Positions 28,749 to 40,949 of a DNA stretch of 64,000 bases are shown here, one piece after another; position 1 is the first letter of the stretch, and every line of letters begins with the position of its first letter. Below the pieces are notes generated by a model, which saw only the letters and a program-made list of their open reading frames with translations, had not been told where the DNA came from and did no database searches. This stretch comes from Alphaproteobacteria bacterium. Its GTDB lineage: Bacteria; Pseudomonadota; Alphaproteobacteria; MPNO01. Position numbers and translations under genes: made by a program. The DNA lies in NCBI GenBank assembly GCA_965248835.1, contig CBDFLJ010000002.1, positions 1,376,001 to 1,440,000 of the forward strand. The letters are read 5' to 3'.

Positions 28749-29195
28749 TCAGGCCCCGGCCGCGGCCGCCTCGGTTTCGTCAGCCGCGGTAACCTGGACC
28801 GGGCCGGAATCAACCCCCTTTGCCTCCGGGTTGCGGTCGACTAGCTCGATCACCGCCATCGGTGCGGAATCGCCGTAGCGGAACCCGGCCCGCAGGACCC
28901 GCGTATAGCCACCTTGGCGCGCGGCGTAGCGTTCGGCGAGCGTGGTGAACAGCTTGTCGGCGAGCTTGGCGTCCCCGCCCAGCCGGCGGATCGCTTGGCG
29001 TCTGGCGTGCAGATCGGCGCTGCCGCGCTTGCCGAGCGTGATCAACCGGTCGACGATCGGGCGCAGCTCCTTCGCCTTGGGCAGGGTGGTCTTGATCTGC
29101 TCGTGCTTGACCAGCGCTGCGGCCATGTTGCGGAACAGCGCCGTGCGGTGCGCACTGCTCCGGTTGAGCTTGCGGCCGCGAACCCGATGGCGCAT
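28749..29195 (-). CDS. rplQ: 50S ribosomal protein L17
   Basis: MRH...[37 protein letters not shown]. Confidence 0.97.
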   Translation of the reverse strand: MRHRVRGRKLNRSSAHRTALFRNMAAALVKHEQIKTTLPKAKELRPIVDRLITLGKRGSADLHARRQAIRRLGGDAKLADKLFTTLAERYAARQGGYTRVLRAGFRYGDSAPMAVIELVDRNPEAKGVDSGPVQVTAADETEAAAAGA

Positions 29196-29230
29196 TACCC
29201 TTCTCCCCGATGAACGACGGCGGTCCGGAC

Positions 29231-30253
29231 CTAGTAAGGCTCGTCCAGACGTCTGGCCAGATCCTCGATGTTCTCGGGCGGCCAACTGATGATGTCCATG
29301 CCCAGCGTCAGGCCCATCGTTGCCAGCACTTCCTTGATTTCATTGAGCGACTTACGCCCGAAATTAGGGGTGCGCAGCATTTCCTGCTCGGACTTCTGCA
29401 CCAGATCGCCGATATAGATGATGTTGTCGTTCTTCAGGCAGTTGGCGGAGCGGACCGACAACTCGAGCTCGTCGACCTTGCGCAACAGGTTCTTGTTGAG
29501 CGTTGGCTCGCTCGGCTGGATGTCTTCCGAGCGCGTCGAGGGCTCCTCGAAGTTGATGAAAAGCTGGAGCTGGTCCTGAAGGATCCGCGCAGCAAGCGCC
29601 ACTGCATCCTCCGGCGAGATCACTCCGTTGGTCTCGATTTCAAGCGACAGCTTGTCGTAATCGGTCACCTGGCCGACGCGGGTATTCTCGACCCGGAAGG
29701 CCACCTTGCGCACGGGGCTGAACACCGCATCGACCGGCATCAGGCCGATAGGCGCGTCCTCGGCACGGTTCTGCGTGGCCGGCACGTAGCCCTTGCCGTT
29801 ATCGACGGTCATCTCCATCGAGATCTTGGCGCCCTCGTCCAACGTGCAGATCACGATGTCCGGCTCGACGATCTCGATGTCGTGGCCCACCTCGATCATG
29901 CCGGCGGTGATCTCGCCTGGCCCGCTGCGGTTGAGATACATCCGCTTGGGTCCGTCGCCGTGCATGCGCAGCGCCAAGGACTTGATGTTGAGCACGATGT
30001 CCGTCACGTCCTCGCGGACTCCCGGGATCGAGGAGAACTCGTGAAGAACGCCGTCGATCTGAACGGCGGTGCAGGCCGCGCCCTGGAGCGAAGACAGCAG
30101 CACCCGGCGCAGCGCGTTGCCGAGCGTCACGCCGAACCCGCGCTCGAGCGGTTCGGCGACGATCGTTGCGAACCGGCTCGAATCGGTGCCCGGCAGGATC
30201 TCGAGCTTGTTCGGCTTGATCAGTTCCTGCCAGTTCTTCTGAATTATCGACAT
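29231..30253 (-). CDS. rpoA: RNA polymerase alpha subunit
   Basis: [14 protein letters not shown]; [22 protein letters not shown]; [10 protein letters not shown]; [11 protein letters not shown]. Confidence 0.98.
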   Translation of the reverse strand: MSIIQKNWQELIKPNKLEILPGTDSSRFATIVAEPLERGFGVTLGNALRRVLLSSLQGAACTAVQIDGVLHEFSSIPGVREDVTDIVLNIKSLALRMHGDGPKRMYLNRSGPGEITAGMIEVGHDIEIVEPDIVICTLDEGAKISMEMTVDNGKGYVPATQNRAEDAPIGLMPVDAVFSPVRKVAFRVENTRVGQVTDYDKLSLEIETNGVISPEDAVALAARILQDQLQLFINFEEPSTRSEDIQPSEPTLNKNLLRKVDELELSVRSANCLKNDNIIYIGDLVQKSEQEMLRTPNFGRKSLNEIKEVLATMGLTLGMDIISWPPENIEDLARRLDEPY

Positions 30254-30341
30254 CTCTTGCGATCCTCGACGAAGAATTTCGATCGGCGGCGCTAGCCCGG
30301 CCGCCGAAGCCACCGCCTTCGATGCGGCGCCTCGGCTGGCC

Positions 30342-30734
30342 TCAGACGCGGCGACGCTTGCGCGGACGGCAGCCGTTATGGGGGATAGGCGTGACGTCGC
30401 GTATTGAGGTGATGCTGAAACCGACCGCCTGCAAAGCCCGCAGCGCCGATTCACGGCCCGAACCCGGGCCCTTGACGCGGATTTCCAGGGTCTTCACCCC
30501 GTGTTCCTGCGCCTTGCGGCCGGCGTCCTCGGCGGCCATCTGGGCTGCATAGGGCGTGGATTTGCGCGAGCCCTTGAAACCCTGGGACCCGGAGGAAGAC
30601 CAGGAGATCGTGTTGCCCTGGGCGTCGGTGATGGTGATCTTGGTGTTGTTGAAAGAGGCGAATACGTGGGCGACGCCCGAAGTGATGTTCTTACGCTCGC
30701 GACGACGGACCCGCGTGGTGGTTGCTCGTGCCAT
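30342..30734 (-). CDS. rpsK: 30S ribosomal protein S11
   Basis: [38 protein letters not shown]. Confidence 0.98.
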   Translation of the reverse strand: MARATTTRVRRRERKNITSGVAHVFASFNNTKITITDAQGNTISWSSSGSQGFKGSRKSTPYAAQMAAEDAGRKAQEHGVKTLEIRVKGPGSGRESALRALQAVGFSITSIRDVTPIPHNGCRPRKRRRV

Positions 30735-30759
30735 CTTGTTCCCTATATCCGGCCGCGCG

Positions 30760-31122
30760 TTACTTCTTGCCCGCGATCGGCCGTGCACGGCCCTTCCGGG
30801 TGCGCGCGTTGGTATGGGTGCGCTGGCCCCGCACCGGCAGGTTGCGCCTGTGCCTGAGACCGCGATAGCAGCCCAGGTCCATCAGCCGCTTGATGTTCAT
30901 CGCGGTCTCGCGCCGCAAATCGCCCTCGATCTTCTGGTCCCGGTCAATGATGTCGCGGATGCGGACCAGCTCGTCATCGCCCAGGTCGTTGGCCCGGGTG
31001 GTCCCGACGACATCGGCCTTGTGGCAGATCTCGCGGCCGCTGGTGCGCCCGATGCCGTAGATATAGGTGAGTGCGATCTCGATCGGCTTGTTCGGCAAAT
31101 TTACGCCGGATATGCGCGCCAC
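30760..31122 (-). CDS. rpsM: 30S ribosomal protein S13
   Basis: [38 protein letters not shown]. Confidence 0.98.
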   Translation of the reverse strand: MARISGVNLPNKPIEIALTYIYGIGRTSGREICHKADVVGTTRANDLGDDELVRIRDIIDRDQKIEGDLRRETAMNIKRLMDLGCYRGLRHRRNLPVRGQRTHTNARTRKGRARPIAGKK

Positions 31123-31191
31123 GACGCGTCCTCCTGCTGCCAGTCCAGGGTGGGGATTTCGGAGCTGTCGGGCCCCAGCCGGGGCCGGCGG

Positions 31192-31219
31192 ATTATAGGG
31201 GTTCGCATTGGCTAGTCAA
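31192..31219 (-). promoter_or_regulatory. Sigma-70-like promoter for rpsM-rpsK-rpoA-rplQ
   Basis: Minus strand TTGACT-16 nt-TATAAT; the -35 element overlaps the end of adk. Confidence 0.7.
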
Positions 31220-31874
31220 CCGCCTCCAGCGCGCCGACAAGTGCGTCGATCTGCCTGGTGACCTCATCGATCGGCGTCATGCCGTCGACGCTCCTGAGCG
31301 TGCCCTTGCCGCGGTAATAAGGCAAAAGCGGCGCGGTCTGTTCGTGATAGGCCGCGAGTCTCGTTCGGACGATCTGTGCGTTGTCGTCGGCCCGGCGCTT
31401 GAACGCGGTATGCCCGCAGCGGTCGCAAACACCGTTGACCCTGGTCGGCTGAAACGCGTCGTGATAGCCCGCCCCGCAATCGGCGCAGGAGAACCGTCCG
31501 GTGATCCGCCGCACCAGAGCCGCATCGTCGACCTTCATCTCGATCGCCGCGTCGAGCCGCCGGTGTTTACACGACAGCATGTCGTCAAGCGCCTCGGCCT
31601 GGGCGACGGTACGGGGAAAGCCGTCCAGGACGAACCCGCCGGCGCAATCGGGCGCCTCGATGCGTTGCTCGATCATCGCCACCATGACGTTATCGGGGAC
31701 CAGCTTGCCCGCCTCCATGACCGCCTTGGCGGTCTTGCCGACCTCGCTGCCCGAGGCCACCGCCGCGCGCAGCATCTCGCCGGTCGATAGCTGCTCCAGC
31801 CCGTGAGCGTCCTGCAGGCGCTGCGCCTGCGTGCCCTTGCCGGCGCCCGGAGGACCCAGGAGGATCAGATTCAT
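31212..31874 (-). CDS. adk: Adenylate kinase (long form, Cys4 LID)
   Basis: [30 protein letters not shown]16-CDRC, RADD. Confidence 0.97.
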   Translation of the reverse strand: MNLILLGPPGAGKGTQAQRLQDAHGLEQLSTGEMLRAAVASGSEVGKTAKAVMEAGKLVPDNVMVAMIEQRIEAPDCAGGFVLDGFPRTVAQAEALDDMLSCKHRRLDAAIEMKVDDAALVRRITGRFSCADCGAGYHDAFQPTRVNGVCDRCGHTAFKRRADDNAQIVRTRLAAYHEQTAPLLPYYRGKGTLRSVDGMTPIDEVTRQIDALVGALEAVD

Positions 31875-33214
31875 CCACGCCGCCCCCGGAGCTTCGACTT
31901 CTTGATCAGCCCCTCGTATTGATGAGCGATCAGATGTGACTGGACCTGAGCCACCGTGTCCATCGTGACCGTCACGACGATCAGGAGGCTGGTCCCGCCG
32001 AAATAGAACGGTACGGCGTACTGCGAGATCAGAATCTCCGGCATGATGCTGACCGCGGTCAGGTAGAGCGCGCCGACGGTCGTCAGCCGGGTAAGGATGT
32101 AGTCGAGATGGTCGGCAGTGTTCTTGCCCGGCCGGATGCCGGGGATGAAGCCGCCGTACTTCTTCAGATTGTCGGCCGTCTCGACCGGATTGAAGACCAC
32201 CGAGGTATAGAAGAAGGCAAAGAAGACGATCAGGGCCGCGTAGATCAGCAGATAGAGCGGCTGGCCGCGGCCCAGGAGTGCGGTCACGTCGGTCAGCCAG
32301 TCCGGTCCGGACGAGGCCGAGAACCCCGCCACCGTGATCGGCAGCAGCAACAGCGAGCTTGCGAAGATCGGCGGGATCACGCCCGAGGTATTGATCTTCA
32401 ACGGGATGTGCGAGTTCTCGCCGCCGAACATGCGGTTGCCGACCTGCCGCTTGGGATATTGGACCACGACGCGGCGCTGGGCGCGCTCGACAAAGACGAT
32501 GAAGGCGATGACCGCGACCGCGAGCACCAGCAGGCCGACGATGAACAGCGAGGACAGCGCGCCGGTCCGGCCGAGCTCAAGCGTGCCCGCAAGTGCGGCG
32601 GGCAGGTTGGCGACGATGCCGGCGAAGATGATCAGCGAGATGCCGTTGCCGACCCCGCGCGCGGTGACCTGTTCGCCAAGCCACATCAGGAAGATCGTCC
32701 CGCCGACCAGCGTGATCACCGTGGTGGCCCGGAAGAACAGGCCGGGCGTCTGGACCGCGACGCCCTCGCTGCCGCTCATCCCCTCCAGCCCGACGGCGAT
32801 GCCGTAGGCCTGCAGCGCGGCCAGCAGTACCGTGCCATAGCGCGTGTACTGGTTGATCTTCTTGCGCCCCGGCTCGCCCTCTTTCTTGAGCTGCTCGAAA
32901 TACGGATGGATCGCCGTCAGGAGCTGCATGATGATCATCGCCGAGATGTAGGGCATTATGTTGAGTGCGAAGATCGTCATGCGCCCGAAGGCGCCGCCGG
33001 CGAACATGTCGAACATCCCCAGGATGCCGCCGGCCTGCTGCTCGAAGATGTCCTTCAGGATCGCCGGATCGATGCCGGGCAGCGGGATATAGGTGCCCAG
33101 GCGATAGATGACCAACGCGCCCAGGGTGAACCAGATGCGTTTCTTGAGCTCGGTCGCCTTGGCAAAGTTGGCGAAATTGATATGCGCTGCTAGCTGCTCG
33201 GCAGCCGATGCCAT
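31871..33214 (-). CDS. secY: Preprotein translocase subunit SecY
   Basis: [58 protein letters not shown]. Confidence 0.98.
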   Translation of the reverse strand: MASAAEQLAAHINFANFAKATELKKRIWFTLGALVIYRLGTYIPLPGIDPAILKDIFEQQAGGILGMFDMFAGGAFGRMTIFALNIMPYISAMIIMQLLTAIHPYFEQLKKEGEPGRKKINQYTRYGTVLLAALQAYGIAVGLEGMSGSEGVAVQTPGLFFRATTVITLVGGTIFLMWLGEQVTARGVGNGISLIIFAGIVANLPAALAGTLELGRTGALSSLFIVGLLVLAVAVIAFIVFVERAQRRVVVQYPKRQVGNRMFGGENSHIPLKINTSGVIPPIFASSLLLLPITVAGFSASSGPDWLTDVTALLGRGQPLYLLIYAALIVFFAFFYTSVVFNPVETADNLKKYGGFIPGIRPGKNTADHLDYILTRLTTVGALYLTAVSIMPEILISQYAVPFYFGGTSLLIVVTVTMDTVAQVQSHLIAHQYEGLIKKSKLRGRRG

Positions 33215-33217
33215 AGC

Positions 33218-33787
33218 CTATTCTCCGGACGGGGCCTGGCCCCCACCATCCTCGGGCGCCGCCGAGGGCGCGCTTGTCTCCTCGGTCGTCGCGTCCTCCT
33301 TGACGGGTTTGGCCGTCTTTCGGGCCGAAGCGGCGACCAGTGTGATCGATCCACCGGCCTGCTCGACCGCAGCGAACGCGGCCTTCGAGGCGCCGGTGAC
33401 CTCAAGGGTAATGTTTGCCTTGATCTCGCCTTTGGCAAGGACGCGGATTCCGTCGGCGCGGGATTTGAACAGCCCGGCGGAAACCAGGACATCCTCGGTG
33501 ATCGGGGCCGCGGGGTCGATCTTGCCGGCATCGATCGCGGCCTGCAGACGGCCGAGGTTCACCACCCGGTAGTCCTTGCTGAAGATGTTCTTGAAGCCAC
33601 GCTTGGGCAGGCGGCGATGGAGCGGCATCTGGCCGCCCTCGAAGCCGAGCAGGGAAACCCCGCTGCGCGACTTCTGGCCCTTCTGGCCCCTGCCGCTGGT
33701 CTTGCCGGTACCCGACGCAATGCCGCGTCCGACGCGCTTTCGCGAGCGCTTGGCGGCGGGATTGTCACGCAGCTCGTTCAATCGCAT
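33218..33787 (-). CDS. rplO: 50S ribosomal protein L15 (acidic C-terminal tail)
   Basis: [41 protein letters not shown]. Confidence 0.97.
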   Translation of the reverse strand: MRLNELRDNPAAKRSRKRVGRGIASGTGKTSGRGQKGQKSRSGVSLLGFEGGQMPLHRRLPKRGFKNIFSKDYRVVNLGRLQAAIDAGKIDPAAPITEDVLVSAGLFKSRADGIRVLAKGEIKANITLEVTGASKAAFAAVEQAGGSITLVAASARKTAKPVKEDATTEETSAPSAAPEDGGGQAPSGE

Positions 33788-33796
33788 CGCCAGCTC

Positions 33797-33997
33797 CTAG
33801 TCGGCGTCCCGGACCCGCACCAGGTGCGAGACCTTGTTGATCATGCCCCGCACCGCCGGCGTGTCTTGCAGCACCCGGCTGCGGTGCAGCTTGTTCAGCC
33901 CCAGCCCCATCAGGGTCGCCCGCTGGTCTTTCGGCCTGCCGATCGGGCTCTTGATCTGGGTGACGGTGATGGTCCGGGTCTTCGACGGTTCAGCCAT
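33797..33997 (-). CDS. rpmD: 50S ribosomal protein L30
   Basis: [40 protein letters not shown]. Confidence 0.95.
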   Translation of the reverse strand: MAEPSKTRTITVTQIKSPIGRPKDQRATLMGLGLNKLHRSRVLQDTPAVRGMINKVSHLVRVRDAD

Positions 33998-34565
33998 CGG
34001 CCCGCGCTCTCTGCTCGTCCGACGGCCGGCGGCCGATGATGTCGCTGACCTTCTTGCCACGCCGGGCAGCGACCGAGCGGGGTGAATTGAGCCGCGACAG
34101 CGCATCGAAGGTCGCCTTGACCATGTTGTAGGGATTGGCCGTGCCGATCGACTTTGCGACGACATCGTGCACGCCCAGGGTCTCGAAGACCGCGCGCATC
34201 GGACCGCCGGCGATGATTCCGGTGCCGGTGGGCGCGGCGCGCAGCACCACCCGTCCGGCGCCGAACCGGCCGTTGATGTCATGGTGCAGCGTGCGCCCCT
34301 CGCGCAGCGGCACGCGGATCATCGACCGCTTGGCCTGCTCGGTGGCCTTGCGGATCGCCTCGGGCACCTCACGCGCCTTGCCGCTGCCGTAGCCCACCCG
34401 GCCCTTGGCATCGCCGACGACGACCAGGGCGGCGAAGCCGAACCGCCGGCCGCCTTTGACCACCTTGGCGACGCGGTTGATGCTGACCAGCTTGTCGACC
34501 AGATCGTTCTGCTCCGAGGAATCGTCGGAGCGCTGGTTGCGATCGGATCTCGGACCCCGTGCCAT
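33990..34565 (-). CDS. rpsE: 30S ribosomal protein S5
   Basis: [35 protein letters not shown]. Confidence 0.98.
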   Translation of the reverse strand: MARGPRSDRNQRSDDSSEQNDLVDKLVSINRVAKVVKGGRRFGFAALVVVGDAKGRVGYGSGKAREVPEAIRKATEQAKRSMIRVPLREGRTLHHDINGRFGAGRVVLRAAPTGTGIIAGGPMRAVFETLGVHDVVAKSIGTANPYNMVKATFDALSRLNSPRSVAARRGKKVSDIIGRRPSDEQRARADG

Positions 34566-34575
34566 GCCAATACCC

Positions 34576-34938
34576 TTAGAACGTGAGCCCGCTCTCGCGG
34601 GCGGCCTCGGCCAGGGCCTTGACCCGGCCGTGATACATGTACGACCCGCGGTCGAACACCACCTCTTTCACCCCCTGGGCGAGCGCCCGCTCGGCCAGGA
34701 GCTTTCCGACCTGGGCGGCGGCCTGCTTGTCGCCGCCGCACTTCAGGCTCTCGCGCAGCCCGGCCTCGATGCTGGAGGCCGCAGCCAGCGTCCGGCCCAG
34801 GGAATCGTCGATCACCTGGGCGTAGATGTTCTTGCAGGAGCGGAAGACCGACAGCCGCGGCCGGCCGGCGTTCCGGCTGCGCAGCCGCCGCCGCACCCGA
34901 TCGCGGCGCGCCGACTTGAGGCTGGTCACATTTGCCAT
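34576..34938 (-). CDS. rplR: 50S ribosomal protein L18
   Basis: [31 protein letters not shown]. Confidence 0.97.
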   Translation of the reverse strand: MANVTSLKSARRDRVRRRLRSRNAGRPRLSVFRSCKNIYAQVIDDSLGRTLAAASSIEAGLRESLKCGGDKQAAAQVGKLLAERALAQGVKEVVFDRGSYMYHGRVKALAEAARESGLTF

Positions 34939-34947
34939 CTTTGGCTC

Positions 34948-35481
34948 CTACTTCTTCTTGCCTTCCTTGCGCCGGATGATCTCGTCGGAATATCGGATTC
35001 CCTTGCCCTTGTAAGGCTCGGGCTTGCGCCAGGCGCGGATCTCCGCGGTGACCTGGCCGACACGCTGACGATCGATCCCGGAGACCGTAATGTGGGTCGG
35101 CCGCTCGCAGACGATGGTGATGTCGTCGGGAATCGGGTAGCGCACCTCGTGGCTGTAGCCGAGCTGCAGGACCAGATCTTTGCCGTCCACGGCCGCGCGG
35201 TAGCCGACTCCGGTGATGTCGAGCTGCTTGGTGAACCCCTCGCTGACCCCCGTGACGATGTTCTGCAGCAGGCTGCGGGTGGTCCCCCACAGCGCTCGGG
35301 CGCGCTTTGTTTCATCGCGCGGTGCAACGACCAGCGCGCCGTCGCCCTGGGTGACCTCGACCTCCTCGACGACCTGCATGCTCAGCGTCCCGCGGCCGCC
35401 CGTGGCTGTGACTTCGCGGCCCGCGATCGCGACTTCGACGCCCGACGGCAAAGTGACCGGAACTTGTCCCACTCTCGACAT
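34948..35481 (-). CDS. rplF: 50S ribosomal protein L6
   Basis: MSRVG, GVGYRA, LGYSH, PEPYKGKGIRY. Confidence 0.98.
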   Translation of the reverse strand: MSRVGQVPVTLPSGVEVAIAGREVTATGGRGTLSMQVVEEVEVTQGDGALVVAPRDETKRARALWGTTRSLLQNIVTGVSEGFTKQLDITGVGYRAAVDGKDLVLQLGYSHEVRYPIPDDITIVCERPTHITVSGIDRQRVGQVTAEIRAWRKPEPYKGKGIRYSDEIIRRKEGKKK

Positions 35482-35490
35482 GACGGCTCC

Positions 35491-35889
35491 TCAGAACACC
35501 CTGCACAGGACCTCGCCGCCGACATTGGCGGCGCGGGCCTCACCGTCCGACAGGACGCCGCGCGGCGTCGACAGGATCGAGATGCCGAGCCCGTTATAGA
35601 CCCGCGGCAGGTCCTTGATCCTCGAATAGACCCGCCGGCCGGGCTTCGATACCCGGCGGATCTCGCGTATCACCGGTTCACCCTCGTGGTATTTCAACTC
35701 GATGCGAAGCTCGGCGATGCCCTTGCGTAGCTGGCTCTCGCTGTAGCCGCGGATAAATCCTTCGCGCTGGAGCACCTCCAGCACGTTCGCGCGCAGCCGC
35801 GAGGCCGGCGCGACGATCGCCTGCTTCTGCGCGCGCTGTCCATTGCGGATGCGCGTCAGCATGTCGCCCAACGGATCGCTCATCGTCAT
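35491..35889 (-). CDS. rpsH: 30S ribosomal protein S8
   Basis: [36 protein letters not shown]. Confidence 0.97.
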   Translation of the reverse strand: MTMSDPLGDMLTRIRNGQRAQKQAIVAPASRLRANVLEVLQREGFIRGYSESQLRKGIAELRIELKYHEGEPVIREIRRVSKPGRRVYSRIKDLPRVYNGLGISILSTPRGVLSDGEARAANVGGEVLCRVF

Positions 35890-35899
35890 GGACGGGGCC

Positions 35900-36205
35900 C
35901 TACCAGCTCGACTTGACCATGCCGGGGATGAACCCGGCGGAGGCGAGTTCGCGCAGCGCGATACGCGAGATGCGGAACTTGCGGTAGAAGCCGCGCGGGC
36001 GGCCCGACAGGCTGCATCGGTTGCGCACGCGCACCATCGCGCCGTTGCGCGGCAGTTTCGCAAGCTTGAGCCGCGCGCCGAAGCGCTCTTCCATCGGCAG
36101 CGAGCGGTCGGACGCGGTCGCCTTGAGCGCGTTGCGTCTGGCCAGATCGCGCGCGCTCAAGCGCTGCCGCTTCCTGTTTCTTTCGATGGCGCTTTTTTTG
36201 GCCAT
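35900..36205 (-). CDS. rpsN: 30S ribosomal protein S14 (101-aa, zinc-independent type)
   Basis: [30 protein letters not shown]. Confidence 0.97.
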   Translation of the reverse strand: MAKKSAIERNRKRQRLSARDLARRNALKATASDRSLPMEERFGARLKLAKLPRNGAMVRVRNRCSLSGRPRGFYRKFRISRIALRELASAGFIPGMVKSSW

Positions 36206-36233
36206 AAAAGAACTCCCAATTGCCTCTTTCAGG

Positions 36234-36776
36234 TCAGTTCACGAACGGGAATTGAAAGCCCGCCAGAAGTGTCCTCGCCTCGTCGTCGGTCCCCGCGGTG
36301 GTGACCACCACGATATCCATGCCGCGCATCTGATCGACCGTGTCGTAGTCGATCTCGGGAAAGACGATCTGCTCCCTCAGCCCCATCGCGTAGTTCCCTT
36401 TGCCGTCGAAGCTTCTTGGCGACAGACCACGGAAATCGCGCACCCGCGGCAGCGCGATGGTGATCAGCCGGTCGACGAACTCATACATCCGCTCGCGCCG
36501 CAGCGTGACCTTGACGCCCACTGTCATGCCCTCGCGCAGCTTGAACTGGGCGACCGACTTGCGCGCGCGGATCACGATCGGTTTCTGGCCGGAGATCGCG
36601 ATCATGTCGCGGGCCGCGGCATCGATCTTCTTGGAATCGGCGACCGCCTCGCCCACGCCCATGTTGAGGACGACCTTGTCGAGCCGGGGGATCTGCATCG
36701 CGTTGGAATAGTCGAAGCGCGACTGCAGATCGGCGCGAATGACGTTGTCGTAATGCTCCTGGAGGCGCGTTGTCAT
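36234..36776 (-). CDS. rplE: 50S ribosomal protein L5
   Basis: [40 protein letters not shown]. Confidence 0.98.
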   Translation of the reverse strand: MTTRLQEHYDNVIRADLQSRFDYSNAMQIPRLDKVVLNMGVGEAVADSKKIDAAARDMIAISGQKPIVIRARKSVAQFKLREGMTVGVKVTLRRERMYEFVDRLITIALPRVRDFRGLSPRSFDGKGNYAMGLREQIVFPEIDYDTVDQMRGMDIVVVTTAGTDDEARTLLAGFQFPFVN

Positions 36777-36787
36777 CTTCTGGACCC

Positions 36788-37129
36788 TCAGTCGATCACT
36801 TCGCCGGACGCCTTGGCGAAACGGACCTTGCGTGAATCCTCGAGCGTCCGGAAGCCGACCCTGGTGGCGTTGTCGGTGGAAGGATCGATCAGAGCGACGT
36901 TGGAAACGTGGATCGTGGCCTCCTTCTCGACGATGCCGCCGGTCTGGGTCTGGGTCTGCTTGGTGTGGCGCCGAACCATGTTGACGCCCTGAACGATCAG
37001 CTTCTCCTGCTTGGGCAGTATCTTGAGCACATTGCCGCGCATGCCCTTGTCGCGGCCGGTCAGGACGATGACCGTATCGCCCTTGCGAACCTTCTTGATC
37101 CTGGCGGCGGAGCGCCTCGTTTGTCCCAC
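36788..37129 (-). CDS. rplX: 50S ribosomal protein L24
   Basis: [25 protein letters not shown]. Confidence 0.96.
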   Translation of the reverse strand: MGQTRRSAARIKKVRKGDTVIVLTGRDKGMRGNVLKILPKQEKLIVQGVNMVRRHTKQTQTQTGGIVEKEATIHVSNVALIDPSTDNATRVGFRTLEDSRKVRFAKASGEVID

Positions 37130-37130
37130 G

Positions 37131-37499
37131 TCAGAGCACCTCCGGGGCGAGCGAGATGATCTTCATATATTGCTTGGCGCGGAGCTCGCGGGTCACCGGC
37201 CCGAAGATGCGCGTGCCGATCGGCTCGCCGGCGGCATTGATCAGCACGGCCGCGTTGCGGTCGAAGCGGATTGCGGTCCCGTCGGTCCGGCGGATCTCCT
37301 TGGCGGTGCGCACCACGACGGCCTTGTGGATGTCGCCCTTCTTGACCCGGCCCCGAGGGATCGCCTCCTTGACCGAGACCACGATCACGTCGCCCACTGA
37401 GGCCCAGCGCCGCCGCGCGCCGCCGAGCACGCGAATGCATTGGACGCGCCTGGCGCCGGAATTGTCGGCGACATCGAGGTCGCTTTCGGCCTGTATCAT
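37131..37499 (-). CDS. rplN: 50S ribosomal protein L14
   Basis: [32 protein letters not shown]. Confidence 0.98.
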   Translation of the reverse strand: MIQAESDLDVADNSGARRVQCIRVLGGARRRWASVGDVIVVSVKEAIPRGRVKKGDIHKAVVVRTAKEIRRTDGTAIRFDRNAAVLINAAGEPIGTRIFGPVTRELRAKQYMKIISLAPEVL

Positions 37500-37511
37500 T
37501 TCGATCCGCCC

Positions 37512-37775
37512 TCAGGTCGCCGCGCGCGCGGTCTCGACGCCGGGCTCGTCCGTGATGACCTCCCAGCGTTTCGATTTCGACAGCGGCCGGCATTCGCGGA
37601 TGCGCACGGTATCGCCGGCCTTGCAGAGATTCCCCGGGTCGTGCGCGGTGAACTTGCGCGAACTGCGGATGATCTTCTTATAGACCGGATGCCGCACCCG
37701 GCGCTCGACCCGCACCACGATGGTCTTGTCCATCCTGTCGCTGACGACGATCCCTTGGAGCACGCGTTTCGGCAT
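37512..37775 (-). CDS. rpsQ: 30S ribosomal protein S17
   Basis: GIVVSD.MDKTIVV, HPVY.K, AHD, ECRPLSK.K.W. Confidence 0.97.
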   Translation of the reverse strand: MPKRVLQGIVVSDRMDKTIVVRVERRVRHPVYKKIIRSSRKFTAHDPGNLCKAGDTVRIRECRPLSKSKRWEVITDEPGVETARAAT

Positions 37776-37778
37776 CGT

Positions 37779-37982
37779 CTAGCCCTCCGCCCCGGCTTTG
37801 CGGCGCTGGTTCATGATTGTCTGGATCCGCGCGATGTCGCGGCGGACCTCGCGCACCCGCGAGGTGGCCTCGAGCTGGCCGCTGGCACGCTGGAAGCGCA
37901 AATTGAGCGCCTCCTTGCGCAGACCGCGCAACTGCTCGGTGAGTTCATCGGGGGTCTTCTGCCGGACATCCGCCGCCTTCAT
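37779..37982 (-). CDS. rpmC: 50S ribosomal protein L29
   Basis: [21 protein letters not shown]. Confidence 0.96.
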   Translation of the reverse strand: MKAADVRQKTPDELTEQLRGLRKEALNLRFQRASGQLEATSRVREVRRDIARIQTIMNQRRKAGAEG

Positions 37983-37986
37983 CGCC

Positions 37987-38406
37987 TCAGCCTCCGCTCG
38001 CCAGGCGGCGAACGAAGCGCACCTGGATCGGCAGCTTGGCCGCGGCCAGTTCCAGCGCGCTGCGCGCGACTTCGGCCGGAACGCCGTCGACTTCGAACAT
38101 GATCCGCCCCGGCTTCACCCGACAGGCCCAATACTCGGGAGAGCCTTTGCCTTTGCCCTGCCGCACCTCGGCCGGCTTCTGCGAGACCGGAACGTCGGGG
38201 AAAATCCGGATCCACACCCGGCCGGCACGTTTCATCGCGCGGGTGATCGCCCGGCGGGAGGCTTCGATCTGGCGCGCACTCACACGGCCGGGCTCGACGG
38301 CCTTCAGCCCATAGGAGCCGAAATTGAGCACGGTACCGGCCTTGGCATTGCCGTGGATGCGGCCCTTGTGGGCCTTGCGGTACTTGGTTCTCTTGGGGCT
38401 CAGCAT
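37987..38406 (-). CDS. rplP: 50S ribosomal protein L16
   Basis: [34 protein letters not shown]. Confidence 0.98.
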   Translation of the reverse strand: MLSPKRTKYRKAHKGRIHGNAKAGTVLNFGSYGLKAVEPGRVSARQIEASRRAITRAMKRAGRVWIRIFPDVPVSQKPAEVRQGKGKGSPEYWACRVKPGRIMFEVDGVPAEVARSALELAAAKLPIQVRFVRRLASGG

Positions 38407-38439
38407 CGCTCTGCTTCCGGTTCGTCCCGCCTGTGCGCC

Positions 38440-39117
38440 TCAGCGCCCGACCTGCTGTTCCTGGCTGCGCTTGTCCTGGGCCATCGGGTCGTGGGCCATG
38501 ATCTCGCCCTTGAACACCCAGACTTTGACGCCGCAGGTGCCGTAGGTCGTGCGCGCGGTCGCCACGCCGTAATCGACGTCGGCGCGCAGGGTGTGCAGCG
38601 GCACGCGACCCTCCCGGTACCACTCGACCCGGGCGATCTCCGCACCGCCCAGCCTTCCGCCGCAATTGATCCGGATGCCTTCGGCGCCGAGCCGCATCGC
38701 GGATTGGACGGCCCGCTTCATTGCCCGGCGAAACGCCACCCGGCGCTCGAGCTGCTGAGCGATGTTCTCGGCGACCAGCTTGGCGTCGATCTCGGGCTTG
38801 CGGATCTCCACTATGTTCAAATGGACGTCGGAGTTGGTCATCCGCGCGATATCGACGCGCAGCCTCTCGATGTCGGCGCCCTTCTTGCCGATCACCACGC
38901 CCGGGCGCGCCGAATGGATGGTCACCCGCGCCTTCTTGGCCGGCCGTTCGATGACGATGCGGCTGACGCCGGCCTGGGACAGGCGCTTGAACAGGTAATC
39001 GCGCAGCGTCAGATCCTCGTGCAGCAGATCGGCGTACCGGGCGTCGGCATACCACCTGGAATCCCAGGTTCGGTTGATGCCCACGCGCAGTCCCACCGGA
39101 TTGACCTTTTGACCCAT
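38440..39117 (-). CDS. rpsC: 30S ribosomal protein S3
   Basis: [46 protein letters not shown]. Confidence 0.98.
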   Translation of the reverse strand: MGQKVNPVGLRVGINRTWDSRWYADARYADLLHEDLTLRDYLFKRLSQAGVSRIVIERPAKKARVTIHSARPGVVIGKKGADIERLRVDIARMTNSDVHLNIVEIRKPEIDAKLVAENIAQQLERRVAFRRAMKRAVQSAMRLGAEGIRINCGGRLGGAEIARVEWYREGRVPLHTLRADVDYGVATARTTYGTCGVKVWVFKGEIMAHDPMAQDKRSQEQQVGR

Positions 39118-39506
39118 CAGGCGTCTTCCTTTGTCTCTTCGCGCTCGCGTACGATCACCGTCAGGTTGCTGAACGGCTTCTCCACCCGCCCGATCCGGCC
39201 GCGCGCGCGTGCCCGGAAGCGTTTTATGACCATGCTACGCCCGACCGTCGCTTCGGCGACCACCAGGCGATCGACATCGAGCATGTGGTTGTTCTCGGCG
39301 TTGGCGATCGCCGATTGCAGGACCTTCTTGACCTCCTGGGCAATGCGCCGGCGCGAGAAGGAGAGCTGGTTCAGCGCCCGCCCGGCGGCGAGCCCGCGGA
39401 TCGACTGGGCGACTAGGTTGAGCTTGCGCGGGCTGGTGCGGATCGTATGAACGTAGGCCCTGGCCTCGTTCTCCGCAAGCCGCGGCAGGTTCGAAGGCTT
39501 GCCCAT
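39117..39506 (-). CDS. rplV: 50S ribosomal protein L22
   Basis: [31 protein letters not shown]. Confidence 0.97.
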   Translation of the reverse strand: MGKPSNLPRLAENEARAYVHTIRTSPRKLNLVAQSIRGLAAGRALNQLSFSRRRIAQEVKKVLQSAIANAENNHMLDVDRLVVAEATVGRSMVIKRFRARARGRIGRVEKPFSNLTVIVREREETKEDA

Positions 39507-39507
39507 C

Positions 39508-39786
39508 TCAGCCGCGTCTCGCGCGCTTGTCCCCGGCATGACCGTGGTAGGTCCGGGTGCCGGAGAACTCGCCGAACTTGTGGCCGACCATGTCCTCGGT
39601 CACCAGCACGGGCAGGAACTTTTGGCCGTTATGGACGCCGAAGGTGAGCCCGACGAACTGCGGCAGGATGGTCGAGCGTCGCGACCATGTGCGGATGATT
39701 TCCTTACGCCCGGACTCGCGGACCTTGTCAGCCTTCTTGAGAAGGTAACCGTCCACGAAGGGGCCTTTCCAGACCGAACGAGACAC
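39508..39786 (-). CDS. rpsS: 30S ribosomal protein S19 (GTG start)
   Basis: [33 protein letters not shown]. Confidence 0.97.
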   Translation of the reverse strand: MSRSVWKGPFVDGYLLKKADKVRESGRKEIIRTWSRRSTILPQFVGLTFGVHNGQKFLPVLVTEDMVGHKFGEFSGTRTYHGHAGDKRARRG

Positions 39787-39797
39787 GTTGCCTCCCC

Positions 39798-40628
39798 CTA
39801 CCTGTTGCTGTGGCGTCGGCGCATGATCAGCGAATCGCTCTTCTTCTTGCCGCGCGTGCGCTTGCCTTTGGTCGGCACGCCCCAGGGCGTGACCGGATGG
39901 CGGCCGCCCGAGGTCCGGCCCTCGCCGCCGCCATGCGGATGATCGACCGGATTCATGGCGACGCCGCGGACCGAAGGGCGGTGGCCGAGCCAGCGGTTGC
40001 GGCCGGCCTTCGCCTTCTTGATGTTCTGGTTGTCGGAGTTCGAGACCGCACCGATGGTCGCGATGCACGCCGCCGGTACCATGCGGGCCTCACCCGAGGT
40101 CAGTCGGAGCTGGGCATAGCCCGAATCCTTGCCCACGAGCTGAGCATAGGTGCCCGCCGCCCGCGCGATCTGGGCGCCCTTGCCGGGCCGCATCTCGATA
40201 TTATGGATGATCGTTCCGACGGGGATGTTCTCCATCGGCATCGCATTGCCCGGTTTCACGTCGACCGAGGTGCCGGCAACGACGATATCTCCGGCCTTGA
40301 GCCGCTGCGGTGCGATGATGTAGCTCTGCTCGCCGTCCTCGTATTTCAGCAGCGCGATGAAGGCGGACCTGTTGGGGTCGTATTCCAACCGTTCGACCCG
40401 GGCCGGAACATCGAACTTGCGCCGCTTGAAGTCGATCTTGCGGTAGAGCCGCTTGTGGCCGCCGCCGCGCCGCCGCGCGGTGATGCGCCCGGCGTTGTTG
40501 CGCCCGCCCTTGCGCGACAGCCCTTCGGTCAGCGTCTTGACGGGCTTGCCCTTCCACAGCTCGGACCGATCGACCAGCACCAGGCCGCGCTGCGAGGAGG
40601 TGACGGGCTTGTATTTCTTCAGCGCCAT
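39798..40628 (-). CDS. rplB: 50S ribosomal protein L2
   Basis: [38 protein letters not shown]. Confidence 0.98.
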   Translation of the reverse strand: MALKKYKPVTSSQRGLVLVDRSELWKGKPVKTLTEGLSRKGGRNNAGRITARRRGGGHKRLYRKIDFKRRKFDVPARVERLEYDPNRSAFIALLKYEDGEQSYIIAPQRLKAGDIVVAGTSVDVKPGNAMPMENIPVGTIIHNIEMRPGKGAQIARAAGTYAQLVGKDSGYAQLRLTSGEARMVPAACIATIGAVSNSDNQNIKKAKAGRNRWLGHRPSVRGVAMNPVDHPHGGGEGRTSGGRHPVTPWGVPTKGKRTRGKKKSDSLIMRRRHSNR

Positions 40629-40631
40629 TGC

Positions 40632-40949
40632 CTAGATCCCCGTCGTCACGTCGATCGAGGATCCCTCGACGAGGCAGACGATCGCCTTCTTGGTGTCCGG
40701 CCGCCTGCCGAGGCGGCCGCGGAACCGCTTGATCTTGCCCTTCTGGCGGATGGTGTTGACCGCCTTGACCTTGACGTCGAACAGCTTTTCGACGGCGGCC
40801 CGGATCTCGGGCTTGGTGGCATCGACCGGCACCCGGAAGGTAACCTGGTTGTGTTCGGTGCCCAGCGTCGACTTTTCGGTGACCACCGGTGCGCGGATGA
40901 GCTCGCACGCCCGGCTGTCGGAGACCCGCATCTTTCCCGGACGTCTCAT
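40632..40949 (-). CDS. rplW: 50S ribosomal protein L23 (start 40949 via ATGA overlap, or 40931)
   Basis: PVVTEKS, ATKPEI..AVE.LFDVKV..VNT, KKAIV.L. Confidence 0.95.
   Translation of the reverse strand: MRRPGKMRVSDSRACELIRAPVVTEKSTLGTEHNQVTFRVPVDATKPEIRAAVEKLFDVKVKAVNTIRQKGKIKRFRGRLGRRPDTKKAIVCLVEGSSIDVTTGI

Noticed and set aside
28749-33214. Absence of rpsD, infA, rpmJ and map from the spc/alpha region
   Set aside because: This is the normal alphaproteobacterial arrangement; map is at 18.5 kb.
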